DNA of 10,056 nucleotides from an uncultured Bdellovibrionales bacterium (GTDB lineage Bacteria; Bdellovibrionota_C; UBA2361; JBGSMV01): NCBI GenBank assembly GCA_964584675.1, contig CAZPBV010000032.1, positions 5,480 to 15,535 of the forward strand, read 5' to 3'. Shown piece by piece: positions 7,876 to 10,056 of this stretch (position 1 is its first letter; each line of letters starts with the position of its first letter). The notes under the pieces were generated by a model. It saw only the letters and a program-made list of their open reading frames with translations, ran no database searches and was not told where the DNA came from. The position numbers and the translations under genes were made by a program.

Positions 7876-8021
7876 CTCCTCGCGGTATCACCGTGACCCC
7901 CTTGCTGTATTTTTTTACATTTTTTCTGAAGCAGTCTTACGGGAGCAGGCGAAGAGGAGGTATCCGCGCGGTTTTTGTCGGCCGGTTGTTTTGTCGTGGT
8001 TTATAGCTGTTTAAGGTTTTT

Positions 8022-8381
8022 ATGAAGAATATTTTCGCGTCCATAGTCCTTGCGATCGGTCTCTTCGCTCTATTGGACAACGTGGCGAGGGCCGATTTTG
8101 TTCAACCCCATACCATTGTACCAAAAGAAAGACGGTCGATTATCGGTCCAGCCCTTGATCCTCTTACCGAAGGCCAAGACGGGAGTCCATCTTGTGTCGA
8201 TCTCCCCCATGGGCACTGTTTTTGTGATATGGGAGCCAGTAATTGTGAATTTCAGTGCGGCTGCGCGCAGATGGGGGGATCGGGCTGTCCGCCTCTGAAC
8301 GAACAAACAGATTGTCACCCTGACATCCCGGTGGTGGATGAGCATTTTTGGCGAATACTTGAAATAGTAATTTCGAGATAA
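8022..8381 (+). CDS. Small secreted cysteine-rich protein (8 Cys), paralog A; unrecognised family
   Basis: ATG 8022 is 5 nt after AAGG (8013-8016). The N-terminal Sec signal peptide is MKNIFASIVLAIGLFALLDNVARA, with an AXA site and mature protein starting at D. A ~35-aa low-complexity linker follows. The Cys core is SCVDLPHGHCFCDMGASNCEFQCGCAQMGGSGCPPLNEQTDCHPD. The cysteine spacing is shared with the adjacent gene. Confidence 0.6.
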   Translation: MKNIFASIVLAIGLFALLDNVARADFVQPHTIVPKERRSIIGPALDPLTEGQDGSPSCVDLPHGHCFCDMGASNCEFQCGCAQMGGSGCPPLNEQTDCHPDIPVVDEHFWRILEIVISR

Positions 8382-8403
8382 CGGTAATATCTGGGAGAAG
8401 TTT

Positions 8404-8769
8404 ATGAGAAAGATAATAAATTTTCCGGCGTGCATTCTATTGGTTGCTATGTGCGTGTTGGGTCAGACTGCTCACGCGGACCTTATTGATATCGTAGATT
8501 TGGTAGGGCTTGCGGGGCAGTCGCTGGTCGATCCTATCAGCGGAGCTGTGGGCATTGGGGCAGGAATTCTTATCGATGAGCTCAACGATGGAGAGTGTCA
8601 AAATGTTCGCAGTGTTGGCGGGACTCTTCGTTGTCGATGTGACACCGGGTCGCAAAACTGTACCTATAATTGTAACTGCCTGGAAGTTCTCGCGGGCAGT
8701 TGCGACAGTGAGCCCGACTGTGAGCAAGATCATCCTCTCCTCAATGAGCAGTTCTTGAGAGCTCGCTAA
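8404..8769 (+). CDS. Small secreted cysteine-rich protein (8 Cys), paralog B; unrecognised family
   Basis: ATG 8404 is 6 nt after GGAG (8394-8397). The signal peptide MRKIINFPACILLVAMCVLGQTAHA is followed by D. The Cys core is ECQNVRSVGGTLRCRCDTGSQNCTYNCNCLEVLAGSCDSEPDCEQDHP. The conserved block CxCDxGxxNCxxxCxC and the trailing …P(L/P)LNEQ… / …DC..(D)HP… motifs match paralog A. Confidence 0.6.
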   Translation: MRKIINFPACILLVAMCVLGQTAHADLIDIVDLVGLAGQSLVDPISGAVGIGAGILIDELNDGECQNVRSVGGTLRCRCDTGSQNCTYNCNCLEVLAGSCDSEPDCEQDHPLLNEQFLRAR

Positions 8770-8789
8770 GATAGAGTTATTTTATTTTT

Positions 8790-8802
8790 GTAGGCGGCCT
8801 AC
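8790..8802. repeat. REP-like 13-nt palindrome gtaggcGgcctac preceded by a T-rich arm (left end of RAYT unit)
   Basis: Perfect 6+1+6 palindrome, located 21 nt after the stop of Cys-rich paralog B. The same palindrome, inverted, occurs at 10021-10033. Confidence 0.65.
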
Positions 8803-8959
8803 TCGAAACGGCCGCGCCCGAGCTGACTGAGCGACAGTTTAGGAAGAGGTCGATCTGAGTCAGACATCCTCCGAGCGGCGAGTGCAAGACGGATAAAGCG
8901 GCGATTATTTTGGGGTCTAGGCGCTCTTCTTGCGCTCTAGATACACGTATCCTGCGTTA

Positions 8960-9952
8960 TCAGATTGAGCAGCAAAGGTCGGCGGCTGGCCTAAGGTTAG
9001 CAAGGCGGGGAAAACGAGGGGGGAATAGTCCCAGTGGAAAGGGCCTGGAGAGGTCTCCCATCTTCCACAGGCGCGTAACTTCGCGAGCCTCTGCGATGAG
9101 CTGTTGAATGAACTGAATGAATTGAATGCGGAGTGATAGATCACTGCAGACACACCACATTTTCTTGCTGAACTTTTTAGGGGTGTAGGGCTTATTGATC
9201 GGCTGCTTCCTTAACGCATCCGCACCCAACACCTTCTTCCCGTTTCGTTGCCGCGTTTCTTCCAGCTCTGCCTCGGCGGTCCGAACACCTGAGACGATTC
9301 TGTCGTTTACTGCGGCAATCTCTTCCTCGGAGGAGACGCCGAAGAGCGCCATCCAACTGTTCGGGCTAAGGGTAAAGGAGTGAATGGAGTCTGCGGTGGT
9401 AAGGAGCCTCTGGTAGTGCTCATTCTCCTCTTTCTCGGAGTGGAAATCCTCGATCGGCCTAACCGCATTGCGTCGTATGTACGGAACGGTCTTTGTAAAA
9501 TTGCCGCTCTGAAACATCTGCCAGGTGGATAGGTTCGGATAGAGTTCGATTACGGACTCGAGATCCGCCTTCTGCGGATTGGTATAGAGGTAGATTATTT
9601 CTTTGACGACATCATCGAGTGTGAGAATCGGGAGAGCGCAGTAGCCATCCTCCCATACGGTTCGCTTGCGTCTTCCCAGCAGCCGGTTAATGGCATGTGC
9701 CGTTTCGGTCTTGAAGTAGTCCATGAAGGCTGCAACAGTGTCCGGCGCAAGCACCCGAAGAAGCATGTGAAAATGGTTCCCCATTATGATTGCGTGGTGA
9801 ACTTCTATCCCAAAAAGGAACTGCGCCCGGGCCAGGACACTCCAGATGATGAGCTTTAGAAGCGGCTTGGCCGCCAGCGGCAAGCCTTCCTCGATGCGGG
9901 TTGAGACCATAACTGGATAGTCAGGTAAGAGTATTCTTGGCTGGGCGGACAT
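8960..9952 (-). CDS. HuH-Y1 tyrosine transposase, RAYT/IS200-like (COG1943 type), with a long C-terminal extension
   Basis: Minus-strand ATG at 9952-9950 has a strong RBS (AAGGAG, plus coordinates 9962-9967, 9-nt spacer). The HuH motif is …FGIEVHHAIIMGNHFHMLLRV…. The catalytic-Tyr region …RTVWEDGYCALPILTLDDVVKEIIYLYTNP… aligns with the RayT/TnpA(IS200) pattern R..W....Y……Y(I/L)..NP. Residues ~150-330 are a low-complexity extension including (IQF)x3. The true C-terminus is uncertain. Confidence 0.7.
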   Translation of the reverse strand: MSAQPRILLPDYPVMVSTRIEEGLPLAAKPLLKLIIWSVLARAQFLFGIEVHHAIIMGNHFHMLLRVLAPDTVAAFMDYFKTETAHAINRLLGRRKRTVWEDGYCALPILTLDDVVKEIIYLYTNPQKADLESVIELYPNLSTWQMFQSGNFTKTVPYIRRNAVRPIEDFHSEKEENEHYQRLLTTADSIHSFTLSPNSWMALFGVSSEEEIAAVNDRIVSGVRTAEAELEETRQRNGKKVLGADALRKQPINKPYTPKKFSKKMWCVCSDLSLRIQFIQFIQQLIAEAREVTRLWKMGDLSRPFPLGLFPPRFPRLANLRPAADLCCSI

Positions 9953-9961
9953 CGGTTTGGG

Positions 9962-9967
9962 CTCCTT
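9962..9967 (-). promoter_or_regulatory. Shine-Dalgarno AAGGAG (minus strand) for the HuH transposase
   Basis: Plus-strand ctcctt is AAGGAG on the minus strand, 9 nt upstream of the minus-strand ATG (9952-9950). Confidence 0.6.
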
Positions 9968-10020
9968 TTCGTTCTCTCAAAAGCCTTAATCGGAGATGCC
10001 GGCAATTTGTTGCTCGAAAA

Positions 10021-10033
10021 GTAGGCCGCCTAC
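10021..10033. repeat. REP-like 13-nt palindrome gtaggcCgcctac (right end of RAYT unit)
   Basis: Reverse complement of the 8790-8802 palindrome. It is followed by an A-rich arm that mirrors the T-rich arm on the left. Confidence 0.65.
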
Positions 10034-10056
10034 AAAATAAGTCCTACAAAATAAGT
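10029..10056. repeat. Tandem direct repeat 2 x 14 nt (cctacaaaataagt) reaching the window edge
   Basis: 10029-10042 and 10043-10056 are identical. The first copy overlaps the right palindrome arm. The repeat may continue past the window. Confidence 0.6.

Larger units (their letters stand above)
8778..10056 (-). mobile_element. REP/palindrome-flanked RAYT-type mobile unit (IS200/IS605-like); right end probably beyond the window
   Basis: Left flank ttattttatttttGTAGGCGGCCTAC (8778-8802) and the reverse complement of the right flank GTAGGCCGCCTACaaaataagt (10021-10042) share …ttattttGTAGGCGGCCTAC. The two 13-nt palindromes are inverted copies differing only at the central base. Both bracket the HuH transposase gene. 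Confidence 0.6.

Noticed and set aside
7779-8006. 75-codon plus-strand ORF in the 0.5-kb spacer
   Set aside because: It has no ATG start with an RBS and would need a GTG start. Its composition is low-complexity. It overlaps the candidate hairpin and promoter region, so it is more likely non-coding.
8070-8435. 121-aa minus-strand ORF spanning the two Cys-rich genes
   Set aside because: The plus-strand genes each have an RBS, a signal peptide and a mutually conserved Cys framework. The minus ORF crosses the intergenic gap between them and has no such support.
1-10056. CRISPR arrays, tRNA/rRNA genes, riboswitch upstream of queA/tgt (e.g. preQ1)
   Set aside because: No regularly spaced direct repeats, no cloverleaf-compatible segments and no preQ1-type aptamer motif were seen. 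queA starts only 18 nt after the stomatin stop, leaving no room for a leader.

Overview
Bacterial segment of moderate GC (about 50-55% by eye; phylum not determinable from sequence alone). Positions 1-7516 hold a compact, co-directional plus-strand housekeeping cluster. It contains the 3' end of coaBC (CoaB domain). Next is a 158-aa hypothetical whose C-terminal half looks like a degenerate family-4 uracil-DNA-glycosylase fold, joined to its neighbours by stop/start overlaps. Then comes a long-form NfeD membrane serine protease with the Ser-Lys dyad apparently intact, followed by its partner stomatin/SPFH protein. queA and tgt follow, but they are split by a lower-GC inserted gene encoding an AAA+ ATPase fused to a PD-(D/E)xK (DUF4143-type) nuclease-like domain. 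An ICMT/PEMT-family membrane methyltransferase overlaps the tgt stop (ATGA). Positions 7517-8021 are a 0.5-kb spacer with no convincing ORF and an orphan minus-strand terminator-like hairpin. Positions 8022-8769 carry the most unusual content: two tandem, clearly paralogous small proteins. Each has a Sec signal peptide, a pro-like linker, and an 8-cysteine core with the shared spacing C-x-C-D-x-G-x-x-N-C-x3-C-x-C-x7-C-xn-C. I do not recognise this as a known family. Directly downstream (8778-10056, running off the window) is a mobile unit: a minus-strand HuH-Y1 (RAYT/IS200-like) transposase with an unusual ~180-aa C-terminal extension. It is flanked by inverted copies of a 13-nt palindrome (gtaggcggcctac) plus T-rich arms and by a tandem 14-mer at the window edge. 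No tRNA, rRNA or CRISPR array was seen.
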